Part shown: piece by piece, positions 23,483 to 32,525 of the stretch
Position numbering within the stretch: position 1 is the first letter of the stretch
Layout: every line of letters starts with the position of its first letter
NCBI GenBank assembly: GCA_032718475.1
Contig: JAUCBJ010000753.1
Coordinates: 1 to 63,898 of the forward strand
DNA: 63,898 nucleotides
Direction: 5' to 3'
Source of the DNA: Nemertoderma westbladi
Taxonomy: Eukaryota; Animalia; Xenacoelomorpha
Notes under the pieces: generated by a model
Told to the model about the DNA's origin: nothing
The model's database searches: none
The model's input: only the letters and a program-made list of their open reading frames with translations
Made by a program: the position numbers and the translations under genes

Positions 23483-26326
23483 ATGGTGGTTAACTTCACA
23501 AACACCGGGCGGACTATTGGCCTGGCTGCTGCCCAATTGGGACTTATTCAACTAGAATGCGGCGGTGACGACGGGGACTGCATGTTTGCCTCGATAGTCA
23601 CCGCCGTGTACTTAGGAACTGGACACTTGTACAATGTAGGTGAGTTGTGTAATACGGCCGCCAATTTTTTCAACGATAATCCAGAGTATCGGGGATTTTT
23701 GGAGATGGGGGGGAAGACATACCCAAGGTATATAGAGGACCTACGTCACGGAAGGGAATGGGGAACCCATGCAATATTGTGTGCCCTTTCATATTCATTG
23801 GGTTACAGTTTCAATATTCATACGTGGGATGGGCAAATGGGTAACGACATTATCATCGGGGCAGCGGGGGTGGTTATTCATCTGGGTTTCGTTCCGGGCC
23901 ACTATACTGCATTGGTTCCCCATTTCCAGCAACCGAGGGGACATTTCTACGCCCAACCGGATATGGAAAGGAATCGTGGGGTGGGTAATGTAGGTAGGCC
24001 AAGTAGTGTAGGGGGGCCGAGTAGTGTAGGGGGGCCAAGTAGTGTCGGGGGGCCGAGTAGTGTAGGGGGGCCGAGTAGTGTAGGGGGACCGAGTAGTGTA
24101 TGGGGACCAAGTAGTGTAGGGGGACCAAGTAGTGTAGGGGGACCGAGTAGTGTAGGGGGGCCGAGTAGTGTAGGGGGGCCAAGTAGTGTAGGGGGACCGA
24201 GTAGTGTATGGGGACCAAGTAGTGTAGGGGGGCCGAGTAGTGTAGGGGTACCGAGTAGTGTAGGGGGACCGAGTAGTGTAGGGGGGCCGAGTGATGTAGG
24301 TAGGGATAGTATTGGGCACAGTTTCTATGTAGGTAGGGGAAGTAGTTTAGTAGAAAAGTTAGGGAATCAAACACTTAGGGGGTACCAACCATACATAAGG
24401 GACAATATTAGGTTGGAATGTATTTGGGTAGAACGGGAAAATGGTAGAGTAGAAGTTGTAGAAGTGGTAAGGGTTGTAGGATCGGTTGGGGCTAGTAGTG
24501 AGGTAGTAGATAGGTGTAGTAATTGTAAGAGGGCTAGTGTTTCTGGGATGGTGGTTGAATTGGGGGTATATAATGGGGAACGTAGAAATAGGAAGTATGG
24601 GGAACTGGGGAACAGAAGGGGAACATTTACAGTTTGTGGGGAATGTAGGCGGTACATTAGTGTAGGTTTAGGGGGTAGTAGAGATGCAAAATGGGCAAAC
24701 GCTTGGCCATCGTACCTGTGGGATTTACTCAAAAAGTCTAGGGATGGGGGAATTTACAAAATTATACCGGAAAGTTTAAGGGAATCATGGTGGGGGGTCA
24801 GGGATCAATTTTCAAATGAGGTGCGGGAACATTTGGGTGATAGGGCAATTTTTAGGGACATAACATTGATAAGGGAGTGGTTTATAAGGGAGGTGGGTAC
24901 ATTACAGGATGGTGCGATGGCCAATGCGTTGGATTCATTTCCTTATCCGGTTGTGAAATGTCCTCTCGGTTGCCATGAATTTATCGAACGCTGCAATTTG
25001 CAACCATTTCATAATTTTATCCATAAATTTGTACCAGGTTTTAAGGAATTTCGCCCAAAGCCCTACATGTCTCGAGGTGTTCGACCGGACTGGCCTCGAG
25101 ACAGTTCCCATTTAGATTGGGCTGTCCAACCTTCCTTAGTGATCACTGAAAATGAGGGACTCTGTATGGCCTTCTGTGAGCACCACACCAACGCTACACG
25201 GACATACATACACGCACCAAGACACCCGGGGAATGACAACAGCTTACAACACTTAGAACGACTGGCACCAGTGACAGTAGTACCACAACTAGTACGGGAG
25301 GGTAGAGTAGGGGACATGACGGCTAGTAACGACGTAGTTAAGGGGGTAGGGGGGTACTTCGGCATCTCCACTTGCTCCTTAATTTCGGACCCAGATTGCC
25401 ACGTGGTTGACGAGCGGCTGGGCAAATCGGAGACTCTTGTTCTAGAGAACAGATCCGATATTGCCCAGTCCGTTTCCAACCGCGCGTTTCTGGGTCCGGA
25501 ATTTGTGGAGCAAATGACGTTGCCACGGACACCACGGCATAATACAGAGGACGTACAGGACTGCATACGGGGGGCGACGACTGTACCATGTGACGAGGCT
25601 CTGTTCCAATGGCAAAATTACACGACACGGGACAGGGGGTGGGACCAGTACCACAACTACAGTTTGCCATTGGCGCATCCTAATGACGACTTTGGAATGA
25701 CGCCTTTTACTGAACTCAATACTGACATAACTGTTTTAGGGACTCTAGTTAGGATACTTTGTCATTCCCCACTGACACACCGAACTTTACAGACACTAGT
25801 AGATAGGAATCCGACGGCCAAGACATTACTGACAGAGGTGACGGGGGATCTTAAAACGGGGGTTCAACACAAACTGACATATTCAACTGACAAACTAATA
25901 CAGGACAAACTGACGGAACTGAATGTACCGACGACAGACGGGGTGTTCCAGAAGGCCACATCGATTCTGACTCATTTTCAGGGGATTTCTCGTAGGGCGA
26001 ATATAAATATACCAACCGGGGGGGACATTGACATATTTACAAGGGAAGGGGGGCGGTTGTTCACTGGGGGGCTCAACTTTGATGATGGGGAATACTACGT
26101 TCAGATGATGGGGAGTAGGGAAGGGATCATTTTTAGATGGGGGGATAGGTTGCAGTTCTGGAATGTAAATGGGGATAGGGTGGGCACAGACGTACAGGTT
26201 AGGGATAATATTATTTATAAAAGATTTTCGTTTATTGTTTTGGTTAAAAGGGGGGCGGTAGGTGTTGACCTTAGCAGTCAGTTGGTTCACCACGCTGCAA
26301 ATGTTTTGTGCGGATCACCCAGATAA
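23483..26326 (+). CDS. N-terminal part: OTU-family cysteine protease domain, VGGPSS repeats, Cys-rich (Zn-finger) regions
   Basis: OTU Cys box GDDGDCMFASI, EWGTHAIL, His box GHYTAL; CSNC..CGEC; VKCPLGCHEF. Confidence 0.8.
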   Translation: MVVNFTNTGRTIGLAAAQLGLIQLECGGDDGDCMFASIVTAVYLGTGHLYNVGELCNTAANFFNDNPEYRGFLEMGGKTYPRYIEDLRHGREWGTHAILCALSYSLGYSFNIHTWDGQMGNDIIIGAAGVVIHLGFVPGHYTALVPHFQQPRGHFYAQPDMERNRGVGNVGRPSSVGGPSSVGGPSSVGGPSSVGGPSSVGGPSSVWGPSSVGGPSSVGGPSSVGGPSSVGGPSSVGGPSSVWGPSSVGGPSSVGVPSSVGGPSSVGGPSDVGRDSIGHSFYVGRGSSLVEKLGNQTLRGYQPYIRDNIRLECIWVERENGRVEVVEVVRVVGSVGASSEVVDRCSNCKRASVSGMVVELGVYNGERRNRKYGELGNRRGTFTVCGECRRYISVGLGGSRDAKWANAWPSYLWDLLKKSRDGGIYKIIPESLRESWWGVRDQFSNEVREHLGDRAIFRDITLIREWFIREVGTLQDGAMANALDSFPYPVVKCPLGCHEFIERCNLQPFHNFIHKFVPGFKEFRPKPYMSRGVRPDWPRDSSHLDWAVQPSLVITENEGLCMAFCEHHTNATRTYIHAPRHPGNDNSLQHLERLAPVTVVPQLVREGRVGDMTASNDVVKGVGGYFGISTCSLISDPDCHVVDERLGKSETLVLENRSDIAQSVSNRAFLGPEFVEQMTLPRTPRHNTEDVQDCIRGATTVPCDEALFQWQNYTTRDRGWDQYHNYSLPLAHPNDDFGMTPFTELNTDITVLGTLVRILCHSPLTHRTLQTLVDRNPTAKTLLTEVTGDLKTGVQHKLTYSTDKLIQDKLTELNVPTTDGVFQKATSILTHFQGISRRANINIPTGGDIDIFTREGGRLFTGGLNFDDGEYYVQMMGSREGIIFRWGDRLQFWNVNGDRVGTDVQVRDNIIYKRFSFIVLVKRGAVGVDLSSQLVHHAANVLCGSPR
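23990..24295 (+). repeat. 18-bp coding minisatellite, 17 copies (VGGPSS)
   Basis: gtagggggrccragtagt units; the VWG variant recurs at units 7 and 13. Confidence 0.95.
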
Positions 26327-26746
26327 TCTTTTGGTCAAGGGAACAGATGTTGAGCCCGTACCGTGTTCCTATGATGGTTGTACCAGAACATCCCGCTGGC
26401 GCTGCCCATTTGGCTTACAGGTTTTCGGGGTCCACTGTGCCACCGCAGTTTGTCAATGGCATGGCGCTCCACTTTTAAGAAAAAGTGATAAAACATTAGT
26501 GGTGGATTCCCGATTACAAGAAGTACGATCTGGTTTGGGTAGGACCAGATCTCCAGTTCTGGAGGATCCTGCACCCCTCCCTGTACCCCAATCCCCTGAC
26601 TCTGCACCCCTCCCTGTACCCCAATCCCCTGAGTCGGCACCCCTCCCTGAACCCGAACTCCCTGAGGACCTGGCGGCATTCCTAGACTCCGACTCCGAAT
26701 ATGAAGAGATGTTGACATAGAGACCGCCGCAGTTGACGACCGAATT

Positions 26747-27421
26747 GTGCTGGGAATGTACGACAATCTGGATATAGAGGAACCCGAGGACAGCGACACC
26801 TTGTACTCCCGGGGTGACAGGGTTCCTCTATACGACACCAGCCAATCCACCCGCCTCCATGTACTCCTTAACGAGGGATGGGGTCTCCTCCACCGCCGGG
26901 TCTCTCAGTACTCCCACAACACCTTCAACAAAATCATGTACCACATTACCTCGTTGAGTGGTGAAGGATCTGTGCCGTTGTTATATCCTGAAGCCATATT
27001 GTATCCGCGGATCTTTTGGCACTGCGACTATGCCAAGTCAGCGACGGGAGCTCTGCCATCAATTTTATTTTCTGATCGGGATAACGCTCCTAGAGGTTAT
27101 GCCCCGTTGCAGGATCATAATCTAATCAGGCTCAGGGATATGGACCTTCCTACTGCCCAGAATAAATGCTTTCAAACTTTTCTATTTGAGGCAAAAATTA
27201 ATACCCAATTAAATCACATTTCGTCGACAATGGTATTCAAACGGGGGCCGGAATTTTTAACGGATAATCAAAATGTTTTTACTTCATGTGGGGAAGAAAA
27301 TAAAATAAAATTCGACGAACTGGACAGTAGGAGGAAAGTAAATGAACTGTCAGCCTTGATTGGAGAACAAAATTGGGATTATTTTTTGACGGCGACCTGC
27401 AACGACTCACACATGGGGTAG
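26747..27421 (+). CDS. Pre-Rep region up to HUH motif I
   Basis: PLLYPEAILYPRIFW, DSRRKVNELSA, YFLTATCN (motif I, cf. FxTxTCN). Confidence 0.75.
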   Translation: MLGMYDNLDIEEPEDSDTLYSRGDRVPLYDTSQSTRLHVLLNEGWGLLHRRVSQYSHNTFNKIMYHITSLSGEGSVPLLYPEAILYPRIFWHCDYAKSATGALPSILFSDRDNAPRGYAPLQDHNLIRLRDMDLPTAQNKCFQTFLFEAKINTQLNHISSTMVFKRGPEFLTDNQNVFTSCGEENKIKFDELDSRRKVNELSALIGEQNWDYFLTATCNDSHMG

Positions 27422-30400
27422 CACCTCTATATCGGGCTGTGCTTAGAACTGCAGCACAAATTGGCGCAGTTCAAAGTTTACAAGAATTAATCGAAGCCCA
27501 CGCAGTTATTTTGGCCCGGGCGTGGCACCGGTCGGCTAACTTTTTAATGAAATGGATTGAACACAGCCCACAGCAACCTTGCGGTCCTGTTAGGTTCATC
27601 TGGTGGCGGTTTGAATTTCAGGGCCAAAACGCTTTGGGAAACAAACCGCACATTCATTGTGGTATCACTTTACATAAGGAAGACAAAGCCAAGACGCTGA
27701 GTCGCATTTGTTGTCAGTCGAGGAGTTTATTTGAGGAAGAATTTGAATCAGATTTTGAAACTTTACATAGGGATGGGTTAGTTAAGGACTGGGGTGACTT
27801 CAGAACTTTTTTAAATAGGTTACAATTTTTACAGACTCATAGCTGCCATAAAGGTAAGGCCCGTTGCCAGAAAGTTCGTGCTAATGGTGACACTTTTTGT
27901 CGGTACACTCGGTACCTAGAACGTTCCGAAGCAGTGTTCATTGAACGCAAAAACATTTTTTCAAACGAAACCATGGATATCATGGAGTGTCTTGGACTGA
28001 CAACAATGGATGGTGAAGGGGAACGTTTATTGCACCAAGATTTCCGGGCTGGAAAATATCATTACCCGGCCTGTAGTGATGAGTTTTTTGTCCCCACCAT
28101 CCCACGCCTATTTACTTTTACACGTTCTTGTACTAACGTACAAGTATGTGATAGGCGTTTCATGGTTAGCTATCTGATTAAATATGCTGCTGGCAAAGAG
28201 GAAAGGGCCAAGGTCCTTTTCAATGAGTCAGTAGCAGAAAAAGGCAAGGTTACTGTTGATGTGCTACCCCTTGTCCATGAAAAAATTTCCGGCGCACAGA
28301 TGGCATCTCAAGAAAAAGGGAAGAGGGAACAGGTATACACGTCACGAAACTTCTCCCAATACGAGGTAATTTGGCACGCCCTGGGGCTAGAATACTGTAA
28401 CACCAACGTCGAATTTAAACACGTATCGACTCTAGCCCCAGGGTACAGACCCGGATTCCATAACCGTAACCCCGGCAATAAGAAGCGCAAACTCATCGAA
28501 ATCCAAGAAGATGGGCAGACCCTGAGACCGGTGAGCACACGTGTCGATCTCCCTCAAGAACGGCAGTTCACCGAGTCTCAGGTTATGCTCATCGACGACT
28601 ACATCCTCAGTCCCTATTACGCCGACTCATTGACCAAATTCAACCTGCGTCCTCCAGAACTGCGAGTATTCAACCAATTGGGAATGTACCACAAATGTTT
28701 TATCACAGAATCTTTCCAAGGGGAGTGGTCATTCTCAAGCGAACTCGGTGAGTCACGGTGGGTGGATGGAATAGGGCATCTTGTTAAAGTTCGAGCTTCT
28801 GGTATTGCAACTGCTGTTAGCTTTTTAACTGAAATTGCGGGAAGGGGGGAGCCATTGGCTGGGGAACTTTTAGCGGCAGTCTTTGGACCTATAATTCAAA
28901 ATCAACCAGAGTACGTAAGTCGTTATGTTGATTTGGCGTCTACAAAGCCTGTTGTGATTGTCTATTCCAATGTAACACCAATGCAGACCGAAAAATTTAT
29001 CATACATGTCCTAATGTCTATGGGACATATTTCTAACGAGATTGACCTGTATTCCATAGGCAATCTGTTGGAATGTTTTCAGAAGGCAAAGCTGGTTGCT
29101 GATTGGCGTAATGTGACGGAGGCTGAGTCTCTCAAAATTTGTCATGATTACGTCACTCAGCAGCTCCAGTATAAGCCTATCAGTACTAGACAGTTTGAAA
29201 AACTGTTAATGGCTTCCAACTCTGTATTAAAATCCTTTTTGGCTGGGGACGGTCTGAAATATACAAACATGCCTTTGGTGTTGGAATTGCTGTTCCAAGC
29301 TGCACTTTCCACTGACCTGGCGAATCAGGAGTTTACTCGTCACGCCAACTTAATAAAGGGTTTCAGGGAACAGGGGGTTTCTAACCTACCTGATGATAAC
29401 TTATGCCAAGTTTCAGGTAACATTTTACCACAGGACTGGGAAGCAGTCATAAATCAATGTCCGTTACAAAATGTTGAGTCAGTATTGGAACAGCGAGCTT
29501 GTTTAGATTTTTGTAAACAAGCAATAGACAAAATCAAAGATCCTGCAACCACATTTGTGGAATCTCCGGTTATTGTAGGCACCCCGGGAACAGGGAAGAC
29601 TCACGTACTCCTGACAGCAGGCGCCTATGCCTTAGCTCGAAATTTAAAAGTTGCCCTTATTTCACTCACTGCCCGGAGGTCCCGTGTGCTCGGCGGAATG
29701 CATTACCATCGATTCCTTAGCCTTGGTAGCCAAGGAACAGCCACCAAAAAGATGGTAAGTGCGTTAGCCGAGCAAAGCCTAATGAGGTTAGCTAAGAGCA
29801 AAGTGCGGCTGGCAGTCCTGCAGCGTGTGGACGTGATTCTAGTCGACGAAATCGGCCTGTTTAGTGCAGAAGATTTTGCCGTACTAGATCACGTCCTCCG
29901 AAAGGTCAAGGATGTGGATGTTCCGTTCGGTGGCACTCTGCTAATCGCCAGTGGCGACCCGGCACAGTTGCCACCTGTATCGGGACTTCCCATCTGGCTG
30001 TCACCGCACTTTCTGACAACCTTCAGGATAGCCCGACTCAATCAATACGTCCGTGCTGGGGGGGACGCCGATCTGCGGCGCTTGTTAGAGCTTCTCCGGC
30101 GCCCTTCCCTCACCGACGTGGAGATTGAGTCGGCTATTGAAATCATACGAACGCGGTGCGAGCGCAACATTGTTCCTTCCTGGGAAGACGTACCAGAAGA
30201 TTACACCTCCCTGGTTGGTACGCACAAAGCTGAGGAACATGCCACTGAGGCCTTCCTAACCAAACTGAAGGCTAGGGTCAACTTGGAGGGGGGTTCATTT
30301 TTTTCTAGGGATGAGATGCAATGTGGGGTGGATTCTTGGGGGCTAGCTTCAACTAGGGTAACTCAGGCACTGGAAAGGGAGGTCATGGACAGGCGGGAAA

Positions 30401-31047
30401 TTTATTTACACAAGGGGGGGATCATGCGGTTAACTTACAATGGGGCAGTTGGGGGGTACGTATTTTCCCAGGGGCAATTGGTGGTAGTTGAGGGTCTACC
30501 AGTGGACACAGATCCATGGGAGGAACAGAGAGTCATGGTCCGTCTAGCGCCGCCACAAGAGACACATATCGACGTAAACAATATCAGCCACTTCCCACTG
30601 ATATCTTTACGTCGACATGTGTCTATTGATATCCAAGTAGGGTCAGACCTACAAAAGGCCCATCGCGAACAGTGGCCCCTACTTTATGTGCTAGCCATGA
30701 CTCTGCACAGGGTTTTGGGAGAAACATGTGAGAAAGTAGCATGTCAAATACGCCATAAACTGAATAAAAAAGGACGGACACATGACCCTGACGACATTTG
30801 GAATCTATGGCTCAAAGAACAACTTTTAGTTTTGGTATCCAGGGTCCGTACTCTGGATAACCTAATGTTTGTTGGAAACTTGGATGACAACATCAAAGCA
30901 ATCCGTTCCTTACTCAAGGTGCTGTCAATCTATGCTAAATTTATTTCGCGTATGATTGACAGCAGGGATTTCCAAAAGTTGCCCTCCCACGCGACAATTT
31001 ATATAACATTGCGGCCAATAACCCCATCCCTCCTTATCGTAGACTGA
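27373..31047 (+). CDS. HUH (Y2) Rep endonuclease plus SF1B Pif1-like helicase
   Basis: WWRFEFQ..GNKPHIH (motif II), YLIKYAAG (motif III), GTPGTGKT Walker A, LVDEIG Walker B, FGG..SGDPAQLPPV, VLVSRVR. Confidence 0.93.
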   Translation: MGLFFDGDLQRLTHGVAPLYRAVLRTAAQIGAVQSLQELIEAHAVILARAWHRSANFLMKWIEHSPQQPCGPVRFIWWRFEFQGQNALGNKPHIHCGITLHKEDKAKTLSRICCQSRSLFEEEFESDFETLHRDGLVKDWGDFRTFLNRLQFLQTHSCHKGKARCQKVRANGDTFCRYTRYLERSEAVFIERKNIFSNETMDIMECLGLTTMDGEGERLLHQDFRAGKYHYPACSDEFFVPTIPRLFTFTRSCTNVQVCDRRFMVSYLIKYAAGKEERAKVLFNESVAEKGKVTVDVLPLVHEKISGAQMASQEKGKREQVYTSRNFSQYEVIWHALGLEYCNTNVEFKHVSTLAPGYRPGFHNRNPGNKKRKLIEIQEDGQTLRPVSTRVDLPQERQFTESQVMLIDDYILSPYYADSLTKFNLRPPELRVFNQLGMYHKCFITESFQGEWSFSSELGESRWVDGIGHLVKVRASGIATAVSFLTEIAGRGEPLAGELLAAVFGPIIQNQPEYVSRYVDLASTKPVVIVYSNVTPMQTEKFIIHVLMSMGHISNEIDLYSIGNLLECFQKAKLVADWRNVTEAESLKICHDYVTQQLQYKPISTRQFEKLLMASNSVLKSFLAGDGLKYTNMPLVLELLFQAALSTDLANQEFTRHANLIKGFREQGVSNLPDDNLCQVSGNILPQDWEAVINQCPLQNVESVLEQRACLDFCKQAIDKIKDPATTFVESPVIVGTPGTGKTHVLLTAGAYALARNLKVALISLTARRSRVLGGMHYHRFLSLGSQGTATKKMVSALAEQSLMRLAKSKVRLAVLQRVDVILVDEIGLFSAEDFAVLDHVLRKVKDVDVPFGGTLLIASGDPAQLPPVSGLPIWLSPHFLTTFRIARLNQYVRAGGDADLRRLLELLRRPSLTDVEIESAIEIIRTRCERNIVPSWEDVPEDYTSLVGTHKAEEHATEAFLTKLKARVNLEGGSFFSRDEMQCGVDSWGLASTRVTQALEREVMDRREIYLHKGGIMRLTYNGAVGGYVFSQGQLVVVEGLPVDTDPWEEQRVMVRLAPPQETHIDVNNISHFPLISLRRHVSIDIQVGSDLQKAHREQWPLLYVLAMTLHRVLGETCEKVACQIRHKLNKKGRTHDPDDIWNLWLKEQLLVLVSRVRTLDNLMFVGNLDDNIKAIRSLLKVLSIYAKFISRMIDSRDFQKLPSHATIYITLRPITPSLLIVD

Positions 31048-31394
31048 TCCCTAACACGTCTACGGGATTTGTCTACTGTATTGAGTCCATAGATTTCCTC
31101 AACCATTACATAGGCGAGGCTGCTAATCTAAAAAAGCAGCTTCGCAGACACAATTCTGAGGGAGTCTCAGACCATTACTGTAGGTCATTAGGTAGGTGGT
31201 TCGTGACCTTTTACATTACAGGATTTCCCGGTGGGGGTCGTGACCCACAGAACATCCTACGGCGGTGCAATTTGAGGACAAGCATTCGGGACGCGTTAGT
31301 CGCAAATACAACGTCCGCCCAAATTGTACAGGCTGCTATGGATGTTCTACATGACGAACACTACGACGAACTGACACTGGTAAGTATGAGGTAG
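30972..31394 (+). CDS. C-terminal GIY-YIG (SLX1-like) nuclease domain, reached by frameshift
   Basis: Manual translation in the frame of ORF 31203: GFVYCIESIDFLNHYIGEAANLKKQLRRHNSEG...GRWFVTFYITGF. Confidence 0.8.
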   Translation, partial: PKVALPRDNLYNIAANNPIPPYRRLIPNTSTGFVYCIESIDFLNHYIGEAANLKKQLRRHNSEGVSDHYCRSLGRWFVTFYITGFPGGGRDPQNILRRCNLRTSIRDALVANTTSAQIVQAAMDVLHDEHYDELTLVSMR

Positions 31395-31789
31395 GATTTA
31401 TTTCTCGCATGTTTCTCCCAAAACCTAAATATTTTATTCACGGAAACCAAAAATATTTATTTTTAACTAATTTATTTATTTAATTTAATTATTTATTTAA
31501 TATTAATTATTAATATTATATTTTACTTAATTTATTTCGGAAATAAGAACCCAAATAATCGATACATTTCTTTGTATAGTTGACCACCTATTGGTATTAC
31601 TGTTTATCTGCTTTACTGTTTATTTGCTTATGTTCATCAGTACATCATAATACAGTGAAACTGAAACTCAGCTACAAACTCTTTTCACCTGCTTTTATAA
31701 ACCACAAAGATAGGCCCACAATAATATGCTGGTTACCCACCCATGAAGGCGGGTATTCCAACTAGTCATATATAATTCCAGAGGACTTT

Positions 31790-32435
31790 CAACTTTACAC
31801 GTTCATGGGGCCTTCGCGCAGCATGAGGCCCAGTTATGAGATACAAATCAAAATCGAGCGACTGTATCACAAAATCAGTATTTAACTTTATAAATTAGTA
31901 AAATTTAGAAATTTAACCACACCACCAATCAATCAAAGAAAGAGGGACAGTGTACGTGTTCAGCCCTTTTGCTCTCCACCTTTTGCCCTGCAAATCACTT
32001 GAACTAATTAAAAACTATAATAGAATGGGGTATGTGGATTACATCTGTATAATTTTTAAGTATAATTATTGAAGTCTTATACTGTAAAACAATTAATTTC
32101 CTTTAACAGGCAGGTTGAAAGTGCTGTTTTTACCGTAATCAATTTAATTAACTAATTAACTGCTATTATCTTAGCTTCTCGAAGGCCACACGAAAATTCA
32201 ACTGGGAAGATTTCTAAACTTTTACCAAACAACATGTGAACCAAGTTTGGATAGATTTCATCGAAGATTGGCCGAGTTATTAACGTTTAAAATTGAACAC
32301 TGCAAAAAAAGCGACAGAACGACAGGTTGATTAATGGTACCACTACGTTAAGGATCACTCACTTCGTGGCTCGCCCCACAGGTTGATTAATGGTACCACT
32401 ACGCAAGGCTCACTCACTTCGTGGCTCGCCCCACA
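31790..32435 (-). mobile_element. Diverged member of the HINE-like family; terminal ~56 bp tandemly duplicated
   Basis: tttacacgttcatgggggccttcgcgcagca and cactcacttcgtggctcgccccaca (twice) are shared with 16866..17610. Confidence 0.6.
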
Positions 32436-32525
32436 GTATTCACTGTGAATCTATACTCCACAATAAATGTTTTTAGGCAATGAAGTTGGTAGGTTAATAG
32501 TTTCTGAGCATCCTTGTAATTCAGT

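Larger units (their letters stand above)
23472..31394 (+). mobile_element. Helitron-like element coding region: OTU - repeats - Zn fingers - HUH Rep - Pif1-like helicase - GIY-YIG, about 2600 codons split by 4 frameshifts
   Basis: Consecutive same-strand ORFs 23483..26326, 26262..26720, 26747..27421, 27373..31047 and a frame-shifted 30972..31394; element termini not identified. Confidence 0.88.

Noticed and set aside
23795-24374. Antisense repeat proteins (YTTRPP / LHYSAP)
   Set aside because: Shadow frames of the stop-free 18-bp minisatellite
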